The translations under genes and the position numbers were made by a program. Positions 33,859 through 43,304 of a stretch of 64,000 nt of DNA are shown in pieces (the first letter of the stretch is position 1; each line of letters opens with the position of its first letter). The notes under the pieces were generated by a model that saw only the letters and a program-made list of their open reading frames with translations, made no database searches and was not told the origin of the DNA. This stretch comes from Opitutia bacterium (GTDB taxonomy: Bacteria; Verrucomicrobiota; Verrucomicrobiia; Opitutales; Opitutaceae). Location: NCBI GenBank assembly GCA_947478395.1, contig CANJVR010000001.1:448001-512000 (forward strand), read 5' to 3'.

Positions 33859-34524
33859 TCACTGCGTAATATAAAACGGGGCCGGCAGTTTGAACGCGCG
33901 CTCTGCGAATCCTCCGGCGAGATCGCTTTCCTGATCGCCCACGTTGGCGATGATGACGCGGCCCGCGGCCACGAGCTTTCTCCGCGTGTCCGTCTTGAAT
34001 TTTTCGGTGGTGTCCTTGGTCGCGTCCGGCTTGAGCAACAGCGCGGCGTAATCCGCATATCCGGCCGCCCGCAGATTTTTTTCCGTCCCAGGCCGGTCTC
34101 TTTCCCGCCGGCCCGAAATGAAAATCATTTCTACCCCGGCTTGGCGCGCCGCCCGATACAGAGCCAGTACCGGCCCGATGGCCGGGGCTTCGCCGCGCGC
34201 GACCCAAGCGTCCCACACTGGCGGAGTATACCCAAAATCATTGGCCAGCATCTGCGGCAGGTTGGACAGCGCGGTCTCGTCGATATCGAGCACAAGCGTG
34301 GGGCGTTCGCCCGGCACGCGCTGCGCCGCGCGTTCCTGAATCCACTTCATCGCCCGCGCGACCACCGTCTCCAACTCGCGGCCATAGTCGCCGGAATCGA
34401 CGTACGTTATAATCTCCTGCTTGAGCGCACTGAGGTTGCGTGGCTCCGCCAGCACGGCGATCGCCGCCAGCAGAAAACCGCACGTAAGAAACGGCCTGCG
34501 CATCCATCCGATCCGGTTTTTCAT
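33859..34524 (-). CDS. HAD-superfamily class B/IIIB acid phosphatase, exported
   Basis: Signal peptide, VLDIDETALSN, FISGR, ANVGDQESDL, FKLP. Confidence 0.9.
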   Translation of the reverse strand: MKNRIGWMRRPFLTCGFLLAAIAVLAEPRNLSALKQEIITYVDSGDYGRELETVVARAMKWIQERAAQRVPGERPTLVLDIDETALSNLPQMLANDFGYTPPVWDAWVARGEAPAIGPVLALYRAARQAGVEMIFISGRRERDRPGTEKNLRAAGYADYAALLLKPDATKDTTEKFKTDTRRKLVAAGRVIIANVGDQESDLAGGFAERAFKLPAPFYITQ

Positions 34525-34582
34525 GCGCCCCACGATGCCGCCGCGGGCGCAAAATACAATCGGAGGCTGCGCCGTTGGCCCC

Positions 34583-34634
34583 GTAGGCCCGTCCGCTCGC
34601 GGATGCTCCGGCGCCCGCCAGCGATCTGACCTAC
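34583..34634. repeat. REP-like element GTAGG...CCTAC
   Basis: 52-nt unit matching 45413-45464 at 42/52 positions (manual count). Confidence 0.6.
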
Positions 34635-34685
34635 CTCGATTTCACGGACATCGTTCCGTAAAATCCCGACCCCCTCGCGGCCAAA

Positions 34686-36800
34686 TTAACGCAGGGCCAG
34701 ATCGACTGGTTTGACCGCTTTCACCGCCCATTTGGTCACGGTCAGTCCTTTCGCGCTGCGGGAACTGACCGGCACCGGCGTCAGGTCGAACGCGAACTCC
34801 CGCACGCGCGCGCCGCTCCGACCATCAAGCGATATCTGGAGTTTCTTCGGCATGGCTTTTTCGGTGGCACTCACATCCAGGTAAACGACCCGCGAGCCAT
34901 CGCTGGCCACGAGCGGATAAAGTTTGTCGCGGGAGAGTCCGCCGATTTGGAAACGTTTCGCGAAAGCTTTTCCGCTCGCGCCGTCCTGGTAGACCATCGT
35001 GTAGAAATTCTTGTCTCCATCGGCCGGAAACACCGCGCAGTGCAAAATGTCGCGACCCATGAAAACCTTGTCGGCCAACTTCGCCACTTTGAGCGAACCA
35101 TCGGCCATCAGGCAGAGCACGCTATCGAGGATCGTACATTCCTGCACGAACTCATGCTGGCGCCAGTTGAGTCCGACGAATCCTTCCGAGCGATTGACGT
35201 AAAGGCGCTGGTTCGCCGAGACGACCTGTGCGGCGTTGATTTGCTCAATTTCGTCGTAAGTGGTGCGCCGCTTATGCCCCTTGCCGTATTTTTCCTGCAG
35301 CGTCTCGAACCACTTCACCGCGTACTCCGTGAGATTTTTCAGGTGGCTCTTCACCTCTTTCATCTCGGCCTCAATTTTTTTCAACGCCTCGTCGGCCTGA
35401 AACCGATTGTACGCCGAGATGCGCTTGATGCGGATTTCGGTTAGCCGCGTGATGTCCTCGTCGGTCACAGGCCGGCGCAGCTGTTTAAGAAACGGCTCCA
35501 AGCCTTCGCGGATCTCGCTGAGCACGTTCTCCCAGGTTTTCGATTTCTCGATCCGGCGGTAAATACGCTCCTCGATGAAAATCCGCTCGAGGGAATCCCA
35601 ATGCCAGTGTTGCTCCAATTCACCCAGCCGGATCTCGAGCTCCTGTTTAAGCAACGCCTTCGTCCGCTCGACGCTGCGGCGCAGAATCTCCCGCACGCCG
35701 AGAAACTGAGGCTTGTCGCGCTCGATCACGCACGCGGCCGGCGAAAGCGCGAGCTGGCAGTTCGTGAAAACATAAAGCTGCTGAACAATCTGCTCTGCGT
35801 CCGCGCCGGCCGGCAGATGGACCAAAATCTCCACGGTGTCGGCCGTGTTGTCGTCGACGTGCTTGATCTTGATCTTGCCCTTCGCGTTCGCGGCCAAAAT
35901 CGACTCGATGAGTGACTCCGTGTTCGCGCCGTAGGGCAGTTCCGTGATCGCGAGCAGATATTTCGAGCGGACTTCGATCTTTGCGCGGACCTTCACTTTG
36001 CCGCCGCGTTCGCCGTCGTTGTATTCCGCAAAGTCCGCGATGCCGCCCGTGGGAAAATCCGGATAAATGCGAAACGTTTTTCCTTGGAGATGATTGATCG
36101 CCGCGCGGCAGAGATCGTTGAAATTATGCGGAAGAATCTTGGTCGAAAGCCCCACGGCGATTCCTTCCGTGCCTTCGAGCAACACGAGCGGAAATTTCGC
36201 CGGCAGCGTGACCGGCTCCTGCGCGCGGCCATCGTAGCTGAGCTGCCACGTCGTGGTCTTCGGATTGAAGAGCACGTCCTTCGCGAACGCCGTGAGCCGC
36301 GCCTCGATGTAACGCGGTGCGGCGGCATCGTCGCCGGTGAGCGTATTGCCAAAATTACCCTGCGGTTCGATGAGAAACGCCCGCTGACCGAGGCCCACCA
36401 ACGCGGCGCCGATCGAAGCGTCGCCATGCGGATGAAGCGACATGGCCCGGCCAACGACATTGGCGACCTTGTGGAAACGCCCGTCGTCCATGTCCCACAA
36501 CGTATGCAGAATCCGGCGCTGCACCGGCTTTAGGCCGTCGTCGATGTGCGGCACCGCGCGGTCGAGAATGACGTAGCTCGCGTACTCGAGAAACCACGAG
36601 CGGTAGTGTTTCACCAAGGGGGCGTCGTCGGCATTCTTCGCCGGAACCGCGATCACCACGGGAGCGGCCGGCGCGGATTCAGCCGGTGGGTTCGCGGCGG
36701 CCGCTGAAGGCGGAGGCGTGGGCGCCACCTCCGGCACCGGGGAACTCGAGAGAGGAAGTTCGGCTTGGTCGGACGTTTTGGCGGATTTCTTCTTGGACAT
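34686..36800 (-). CDS. parC: DNA topoisomerase IV subunit A
   Basis: EYASYVILDRAVPHIDDGLKPVQRR, HPHGDASI, AAPRYIE catalytic Tyr; short C-terminal domain. Confidence 0.9.
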   Translation of the reverse strand: MSKKKSAKTSDQAELPLSSSPVPEVAPTPPPSAAAANPPAESAPAAPVVIAVPAKNADDAPLVKHYRSWFLEYASYVILDRAVPHIDDGLKPVQRRILHTLWDMDDGRFHKVANVVGRAMSLHPHGDASIGAALVGLGQRAFLIEPQGNFGNTLTGDDAAAPRYIEARLTAFAKDVLFNPKTTTWQLSYDGRAQEPVTLPAKFPLVLLEGTEGIAVGLSTKILPHNFNDLCRAAINHLQGKTFRIYPDFPTGGIADFAEYNDGERGGKVKVRAKIEVRSKYLLAITELPYGANTESLIESILAANAKGKIKIKHVDDNTADTVEILVHLPAGADAEQIVQQLYVFTNCQLALSPAACVIERDKPQFLGVREILRRSVERTKALLKQELEIRLGELEQHWHWDSLERIFIEERIYRRIEKSKTWENVLSEIREGLEPFLKQLRRPVTDEDITRLTEIRIKRISAYNRFQADEALKKIEAEMKEVKSHLKNLTEYAVKWFETLQEKYGKGHKRRTTYDEIEQINAAQVVSANQRLYVNRSEGFVGLNWRQHEFVQECTILDSVLCLMADGSLKVAKLADKVFMGRDILHCAVFPADGDKNFYTMVYQDGASGKAFAKRFQIGGLSRDKLYPLVASDGSRVVYLDVSATEKAMPKKLQISLDGRSGARVREFAFDLTPVPVSSRSAKGLTVTKWAVKAVKPVDLALR

Positions 36801-36855
36801 GCGTGGGAAAATTGGGGGCGATCGCGGCTGTAACCGGCGCTGGCCGGTAGATTTC

Positions 36856-38208
36856 TCAGGGGGCGGCGCCGATCACGTCAAGCGGCCAGACCTTGGAGGG
36901 CCGTGTCGCATTGGTGCTTTCAGCGGAGGGGAAACCATTAGGATTTTGCCGGTCTTCGCCCAAACGCGCCCGCATTCCACTGCTCGTAAGTGCCACCGGA
37001 TGCACCGCCGGCCTCAGCTCAAGCAGCGCAGCTTCGAGCTCGGGGTCGCGGCCCGCGCGCAAGTCCGCCAGCTTCGGCCATACCTCCACGTTGGGCGCGA
37101 CGCCCTCGCCCTCAAGTCTGCGACCGTCGACCCCGTGATAATCGAACATCGCCATCTGCAGCTTGCCTTCACCCGGCAACGGGAAAAAGAGCGATCCGAT
37201 CACCGCGCCGCTCGTCTTCTGCCCGACCAGCGTGGCCCGGCCGTGGGCTTTCATCACGTGAGCAAAAATCTCACTCGAACTCGCGCTCAACGGTCCGATC
37301 AAAACCGCCACGCGGCCGCTGAAATGGGCGGAAAGCCAGGTCAGCGAATCGTCCTCGCTGGGCCGGCCCCCGCGAAAAATGAAGGCACCGACCGGAACAT
37401 CGCCGGGGAAGAATTCGCTCACCACAAATCGCAGCGAGAACCATCCGCCACCGGGATTCAGGCGCAAATCGATCACGACGCCGGGCGCACTGGCGTGGGC
37501 TTTCAACTGCGCGCTTAGCCAGCGGCGCGACGCCACGTTGAACTCGTCGAACCGAAGGTACCAGATTCCACCCGCGAGTTCCCGCGCCTCGAGCCGCGGC
37601 TTGGTGGAGACCAAGCGTGCGTTTAACATCAAACTCCGCGGCTGATCGTTCTCGTCCAGAAACTCCGCCTTCACCTCCTGGCCTTCGCTAAAATGAAATG
37701 GGCCCTGATCCGGCGTCTTGCCGTTTAGCGTCAGTGCGATCCAGCCGGCGCGCACGCCGGCAGCCGCGGCCGGGCTATCCGGGATCACTTCGCGCACGAC
37801 CCACTTTCCATCGACGCGCTGATGGCGCAAACCGAGCATCGCGCGATGCTCGGTCCCGTGCTCGTAAGCGTCCTGCGGCGAGATCGCGCGGAGATGCGAC
37901 GACTTCAAGCGGTCGAGCATCGGATTCAACACCTGTTCATACAGATCCACGTCGTTGGCGGCCTTTTCCGCCTTCGGCCTGAATTCCGCGGTGACGGCCT
38001 TCCAGTCCACGCCGAGCAATTTGGCGTCGTAAAAACGGTTTTTGACCAACGTGGCAACGCGGTCGAAAACCCGGAGGTTGTGCGCCGGTCGTTCGCTGAC
38101 CGCGATCAAGGCCGGCGGATGATTCAGCGTCGGACCGGTGATGCAGCCGCCGGTCAATCCGGTGATACCGGCGAGCAGCAGCCAAAGTTGCACCGTCGCC
38201 GAGCGCAT
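36856..38208 (-). CDS. S41 family C-terminal processing peptidase with PDZ domain
   Basis: Signal/possible lipobox, SPAAAAGVRAG (PDZ), IDLRLNPGG, SASSSEIFA, VGQKTSGAV, LEGEGVAP. Confidence 0.88.
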   Translation of the reverse strand: MRSATVQLWLLLAGITGLTGGCITGPTLNHPPALIAVSERPAHNLRVFDRVATLVKNRFYDAKLLGVDWKAVTAEFRPKAEKAANDVDLYEQVLNPMLDRLKSSHLRAISPQDAYEHGTEHRAMLGLRHQRVDGKWVVREVIPDSPAAAAGVRAGWIALTLNGKTPDQGPFHFSEGQEVKAEFLDENDQPRSLMLNARLVSTKPRLEARELAGGIWYLRFDEFNVASRRWLSAQLKAHASAPGVVIDLRLNPGGGWFSLRFVVSEFFPGDVPVGAFIFRGGRPSEDDSLTWLSAHFSGRVAVLIGPLSASSSEIFAHVMKAHGRATLVGQKTSGAVIGSLFFPLPGEGKLQMAMFDYHGVDGRRLEGEGVAPNVEVWPKLADLRAGRDPELEAALLELRPAVHPVALTSSGMRARLGEDRQNPNGFPSAESTNATRPSKVWPLDVIGAAP

Positions 38209-38211
38209 CGC

Positions 38212-40053
38212 TCAGACTTCGACGAGATCTTTTTCGACCCTCAGATTGCCAATGATAAAGTCCTGCCGCTCCGGCGTATTCTTACCCATGTAAAAGGAGA
38301 GGAGTTCGTCCGTGTTATGCAGGTGGTGCAGCGAAACCGGATCGAGCCGGATTTTTTCGCCGATGAAATCCTTGAATTCGTTCGCGGAAATTTCGCCGAG
38401 GCCTTTGAAGCGCGTGATCTCGTGGGTTGCGCCGAGCTCCGCGACTGCGGCCTGCTTCTCGCTTTCGTCGTAGCAATACATCGTCTTTTTTTTATTCCGC
38501 ACGCGGAAGAGCGGCGTCTCGAGAATGCTGAGATGCCCGCGGGCGATCAGGTCGGGGAAAAACTGGAGGAAAAATGAGAGCAGCAGCAGGCGGATGTGCA
38601 TGCCATCGACGTCGGCATCGGTGGCGATGACGACCTTGCCGTAGCGCAGACCGTCGAGGCCGTCCTCGATGTTAAGCGCCGACTGGAGCAGATGAAACTC
38701 CTCGTTCTCGTAGATAACTTTCTTCGAGAGCCCGTAGGTGTTGAGCGGTTTGCCCTTCAACGCGAAAACGGCCTGGGTCTGCACGTCGCGGCACGCGGTG
38801 AGCGAACCGGCCGCGCTGTCGCCCTCGACGATGAAGAGGCTGGACTGTTCGGCGCGTTCGTTGCGGTCGCCGAGGTGCAGGCGGCAGTCGCGGAGCTTGC
38901 GGTTGTGCAAGGAGGCTTTCTTCGCTCGTTCGCGGGCGATGTTGCGGATGCCGGCGAGCTCCTTGCGTTCATGTTCGCTCGCCTGAATTTTTTTCAGAAT
39001 CGCGTCAGCCGTCGCCGGATTCTTGTGCAGGTAAACGTCGAGCGTCTGCTGCACGAATTTTCCGATGAACTCCTTCACGCTCGGGCCACCCGGGCCCATG
39101 TCGGCGGAGCCGAGTTTGGTTTTTGTCTGCGACTCAAACACCGGCTCCTGCACCCGTACGGCGATGGCCGCCACGATGGATTGCCGGACATCCGCCGCCT
39201 CGAAATCTTTCTTGAAGAAATTCCGCACCGTTTCGACGACCGCCTCGCGAAACGCCGCCTGGTGCGTGCCGCCCATCGTGGTGTGCTGGCCATTAACGAA
39301 CGAGAAATATTCCTCTCCATAGTGCCCGCCGTGCGTCATCGCGAACTCGATGTCCTCGCCTTCGAGATGGATGATCGGATAAAGCGTTTCGCCAGTGAGA
39401 TTTTTCCGCAGCAGATCCTCGAGTCCGTGCTCGGACTTGAACGCCTTGCCGTTGAACGTGAGCGTGAGGCCGCGGTTCAGGAAGGCGTAGTTCCACAACA
39501 TGTCCTCGATGAACTCCGGCCGGAACTTGAAATCGGCCCCGAAGAGCGCGCCGTCGGGCGTGAACTCGATGGTCGTCCCGTTGCGCTCAGCGGACTTCGC
39601 AACTTTGTGCTCTTTCTTGAGTTTGCCCTGCGCAAACTCGACGAGCTTCGTCTCGCCATCGCGAAAGGCCTGCGCGCGATATTCGAGAGCGAGCGCGTTG
39701 ACGGCTTTCTGGCCAACGCCGTTAAGACCGACGGCTTTTTGAAACGTCTCGCTGTCGTATTTCGCGCCGGTGTTGATGATTGAGACGCAGTCGATGAGTT
39801 TGCCGAGCGGGATGCCGCGGCCATAATCGCGAACCCGCACGGTGCGGTCAGTGAGCTCGATTTCGATTTTTTTCCCCTGCCCCATCATGAATTCGTCGAT
39901 GGAATTATCGATCGTCTCTTTCAAGAGGACATAGATGCCGTCCTCCGCGTGGGTGCCGTTGCCGAGACGGCCGATGTACATGCCGGGGCGAAGCCGGATG
40001 TGTTCGAGCGACGAGAGGGTCTTGATGCTGGCTTCGGTGTAGTTGGACGCCAT
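38212..40053 (-). CDS. parE: DNA topoisomerase IV subunit B
   Basis: [58 protein letters not shown]; true start MASNY at 40053. Confidence 0.92.
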   Translation of the reverse strand: MASNYTEASIKTLSSLEHIRLRPGMYIGRLGNGTHAEDGIYVLLKETIDNSIDEFMMGQGKKIEIELTDRTVRVRDYGRGIPLGKLIDCVSIINTGAKYDSETFQKAVGLNGVGQKAVNALALEYRAQAFRDGETKLVEFAQGKLKKEHKVAKSAERNGTTIEFTPDGALFGADFKFRPEFIEDMLWNYAFLNRGLTLTFNGKAFKSEHGLEDLLRKNLTGETLYPIIHLEGEDIEFAMTHGGHYGEEYFSFVNGQHTTMGGTHQAAFREAVVETVRNFFKKDFEAADVRQSIVAAIAVRVQEPVFESQTKTKLGSADMGPGGPSVKEFIGKFVQQTLDVYLHKNPATADAILKKIQASEHERKELAGIRNIARERAKKASLHNRKLRDCRLHLGDRNERAEQSSLFIVEGDSAAGSLTACRDVQTQAVFALKGKPLNTYGLSKKVIYENEEFHLLQSALNIEDGLDGLRYGKVVIATDADVDGMHIRLLLLSFFLQFFPDLIARGHLSILETPLFRVRNKKKTMYCYDESEKQAAVAELGATHEITRFKGLGEISANEFKDFIGEKIRLDPVSLHHLHNTDELLSFYMGKNTPERQDFIIGNLRVEKDLVEV

Positions 40054-40192
40054 GGGTAAAGTGCGCCCAGCGTCGGAGCGGCGCCTCGCGTGACAAGCGA
40101 AATTCCCGCGCGATCGGTATGAGCGAAGCGATTTGAAACCCAGCCTTGCCCGCGGTTCAAACGATCCTAGCTTCCCGCCACTCCGCCTCTTT

Positions 40193-40315
40193 ATGAAAAT
40201 CTTACTCGGCATCCTCGGTGTCCTTGCTGCGTTTATCGCCCGACCGGCCGCGGTGAACATCGGCGCGACCGGCGGAGCCGGCGCGATCACGGGTCTTTTC
40301 GGCGGCAAAAAGTAA
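40193..40315 (+). CDS. 40-aa hydrophobic small ORF or internally deleted gene remnant
   Basis: [40 protein letters not shown], ends 11 nt before the glycerate kinase start. Confidence 0.4.
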   Translation: MKILLGILGVLAAFIARPAAVNIGATGGAGAITGLFGGKK

Positions 40316-40326
40316 CCAACGCCAAG

Positions 40327-41499
40327 ATGCACATCCTCGTCGCGTTCGATAAACTCAAGGACTCCCTTACCGCGCCCGAGGCCTGCACGATCACGGCGGA
40401 GGCGTTGCGCGCGCGCCACGCCGATTGGACGTTCGATATCTGTCCGCTGACCGACGGGGGCGAAGGCTTCGGCGATATTCTCACCCACGCGGCCGGCGGC
40501 ACGCTTGAAACGCATCGCGTGACCGGGCCCTTGGGCGCACCGCTCGAGGCCCGGATAGGTTTCGTTTCGCTGGCGGCGATCGCGCCCGCTGCGCGCGCGT
40601 TGCTCGCGTTGCCCGAGCAACCGTCCGGCAACTGCATCGCCGTGGTGGAAATGGCCGCCGCCTCCGGGCTTGCGCTTGTGCCGACCGCGCGGCGCGACCC
40701 CTGGCGCACGACGAGTTTCGGTACCGGCGAGCTCATGCAGCTCGCCGCCCAGCGCGGCGTTGCCGCCATTCTCCTCGGCGTCGGCGGCAGCGCCACGCAC
40801 GATCTCGGTCTCGGCGCACTCAACGCGCTCGGGTTCGAATTTCCGACGACGGACCAGCGGAGTATTTCGCCGCCAATTCCGGCCGGGTGGTCGGCCATTT
40901 CCCGCGTGGAGGGCGGCATCAGCCCGGGGTTTCCACCGATCCGCATCGCCTGCGATGTCACGAATCCTCTCGTCGGACCGCGCGGAGCGGCCGCCACGTA
41001 TGGTCCGCAAAAAGGCCTGCAACCGGAGGATCTGGCGCGGCTCGATGGCGAAAGCGGACGTCTCGCGCGGCTGCTCTGTGCCCGGTGTGGCCAGCCCGAA
41101 TCAGTTATGGAAACGGCCGGGGCCGGAGCGGCCGGCGGGATCGCGTTTGGACTGATGGCGGCGGCGGGAGCGCGGTTGCTCTCCGGATTTGATCTCGTCT
41201 CCGCATGGCTGGATGTCGACGCGCGGCTCGCCCGCGCCGATCTCGTGATCACGGGCGAGGGCCGTTTCGACGCGAGTTCCTTCAACGGCAAAGGCCCCGG
41301 CGCGATCGCCGCCCGCGCGATCGCTCTCGGCAAATCTACGCACGTCTTCGCGGGGTCGCTCGGACATGGCCTCTCGTCCTCCAGCGACGAAAAGAAAAAC
41401 CTAACTTTGCACGCCATCAGTCCGCCGCACTTGGAGCTGGCCGACGCTTTACGCGCCGCGCCCGCCAATCTCGCCGCCGCCGTTCGCGCCGCTTTTTGA
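40327..41499 (+). CDS. Glycerate kinase (GlxK/GarK family)
   Basis: [59 protein letters not shown]. Confidence 0.92.
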   Translation: MHILVAFDKLKDSLTAPEACTITAEALRARHADWTFDICPLTDGGEGFGDILTHAAGGTLETHRVTGPLGAPLEARIGFVSLAAIAPAARALLALPEQPSGNCIAVVEMAAASGLALVPTARRDPWRTTSFGTGELMQLAAQRGVAAILLGVGGSATHDLGLGALNALGFEFPTTDQRSISPPIPAGWSAISRVEGGISPGFPPIRIACDVTNPLVGPRGAAATYGPQKGLQPEDLARLDGESGRLARLLCARCGQPESVMETAGAGAAGGIAFGLMAAAGARLLSGFDLVSAWLDVDARLARADLVITGEGRFDASSFNGKGPGAIAARAIALGKSTHVFAGSLGHGLSSSSDEKKNLTLHAISPPHLELADALRAAPANLAAAVRAAF

Positions 41500-41555
41500 T
41501 TTTGCACGATTCCTCCTCGACGGGGCGCCGGCGCCCCGCACAGTGAAATTTTCCC

Positions 41556-42959
41556 ATGGCCCGCACCCCGCGCGTCTCACCCTTCAAGCCCCTGATCGCG
41601 TTCGTCACCCTCGCGCTGGGGCTCCTCGGCTGCAGCGCGAGCCAACCCGTACCGCTGCCGAAAACCGACCCGGCCCCCGCCGCGCCAGGGTTTGAAGCCA
41701 AAACCGCGGCCCCGCTTTTCCAAGCTCAGCCGGCGCTGCCCAGCGTGATGCTGGGGATCGATGTGCTCGAGGCCGATGGTTTCGCCGCGGTGAAAGGAAA
41801 ACGCCTCGGACTCCTGACCAATCCGGCCGGCGTCAACCGACGCGGCGAGCGTACGATCGACGTGTTGCGGCGCGCGCCCGGAGTCAAACTCGTCGCCCTT
41901 TATGGACCGGAACACGGCATCAACGGCGACGCCCCGGCCGCCGCGTTGGTTCCAGACTCGATCGATCAACGCACCGGCCTGCCGACGTTTTCTGTCTACG
42001 GAAAATTTAAGAAGCCGACCAAGGCGATGCTGAAGGGCATCGATGCGATGGTCATCGACCTGCAGGACATCGGCACGCGGAGCTACACGTACGTCAACGC
42101 GATGAAGTGGACCACCGAAGCATGTTTCGAAAACAACATCGAAGTCATCATTCTCGACCGACCCAATCCACTGGGCGGACTCAAAACCGACGGCCCCCTG
42201 CTCGACGCACGACAGGCGACCAAAAACTCGGTCGGCGCTTTTCGCGTACCTTACGTGCACGGCCTCACGATCGGCGAACTGGCCCGCATGGCGAAAGACG
42301 AACGTCCGCCTGGCGGTCTGGACGTCACGGATGCCATTCGCGCCGCCGGCAAACTCACGGTCATTGCCATGCGCGGATGGCGCCGCGCGATGCGTTGGCC
42401 GGAGACCGGTCTCACGTGGGTCCCGACCTCGCCGGGCATTCAAACTTGGGAGGCAGTCCAAGGTTATCCCATGGTCGGGCTAGGCGCGTTTTGGGATCCG
42501 CCGCGCATCGACACCGGCTTCCGCCATGGCGTTGGGAAAAATTACATCTTTCGCGGGATCTCCCACATCAATATTCGCATCGAAGTCATCGAGAAGGAGC
42601 TGAATGCGCTGAAGTTGCCCGGACTGCGTTTCCAAAAAATTAGCGCGCCCAACAAAGACGGTAAACCGGCCACGGGCCTTTATATTGAGATCACCGACTA
42701 CGACGAGTGGCGGCCGACCGAACTGAACTTTTACCTGATGCGGCTGGCCTGCAAAATCGACCCGAAGAATCCCAATCCGTTTACGCCCGGGCCAAAACGC
42801 GACATGAGCGGGTTTCTCCATCATATGGGGTCGGAGGATTTTCTCGCGGCCCTGCAACGCGATGGTGCGAAGGTCGACGTCGAGGGCTATTTGCGGGACT
42901 GGCGGGAGAAAAATAAAATCTATCAACAGCAAAGCCGGCGCTACTGGCTGTATCAGTAG
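41556..42959 (+). CDS. Exo-beta-N-acetylmuramidase NamZ family (DUF1343) lipoprotein
   Basis: Lipobox LLGC, GIDVL, LGLLTNPAG, GPEHG, DLQDIGTRSYTY, LDRPNPLGG, HGLTIGELA, WVPTSP. Confidence 0.9.
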   Translation: MARTPRVSPFKPLIAFVTLALGLLGCSASQPVPLPKTDPAPAAPGFEAKTAAPLFQAQPALPSVMLGIDVLEADGFAAVKGKRLGLLTNPAGVNRRGERTIDVLRRAPGVKLVALYGPEHGINGDAPAAALVPDSIDQRTGLPTFSVYGKFKKPTKAMLKGIDAMVIDLQDIGTRSYTYVNAMKWTTEACFENNIEVIILDRPNPLGGLKTDGPLLDARQATKNSVGAFRVPYVHGLTIGELARMAKDERPPGGLDVTDAIRAAGKLTVIAMRGWRRAMRWPETGLTWVPTSPGIQTWEAVQGYPMVGLGAFWDPPRIDTGFRHGVGKNYIFRGISHINIRIEVIEKELNALKLPGLRFQKISAPNKDGKPATGLYIEITDYDEWRPTELNFYLMRLACKIDPKNPNPFTPGPKRDMSGFLHHMGSEDFLAALQRDGAKVDVEGYLRDWREKNKIYQQQSRRYWLYQ

Positions 42960-43304
42960 GCCCCGACCGGCCAGATCGGTTCTATCATCCGTTCGGCCGC
43001 TACGCCGCACCGCCCCGTCGGTCAATTTCAGCCCCGTGCTCGAGGGCCCGCACCGGTCCTTGGAACGTCACCGTTTCTCCGCGATCTTTGTCCGCGCAGA
43101 AGATGAACTCACTGCTGCCCAGCCTCGCCGATTCTTCCCGCCCAACCATAGCGTGAGCGCGCTCGCACGGCCCGGTGAAGGCGTCCCGGCCATTTTTCAA
43201 ACGGCGCCGCCAGCTCGGACGGCCCATCGTGGTCATGGTCCGCGAGGCTCACGCATTTCGCCTTTGCGCCTTCCTCCGGTTGCGTGAGCGTGTTGGTTCA
43301 ACGT

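Noticed and set aside
40054..41022. 936-aa ORF suggesting a long N-terminal extension on ParE
   Set aside because: The extension is the antisense of glycerate kinase; ParE homology begins at MASNY (40053)
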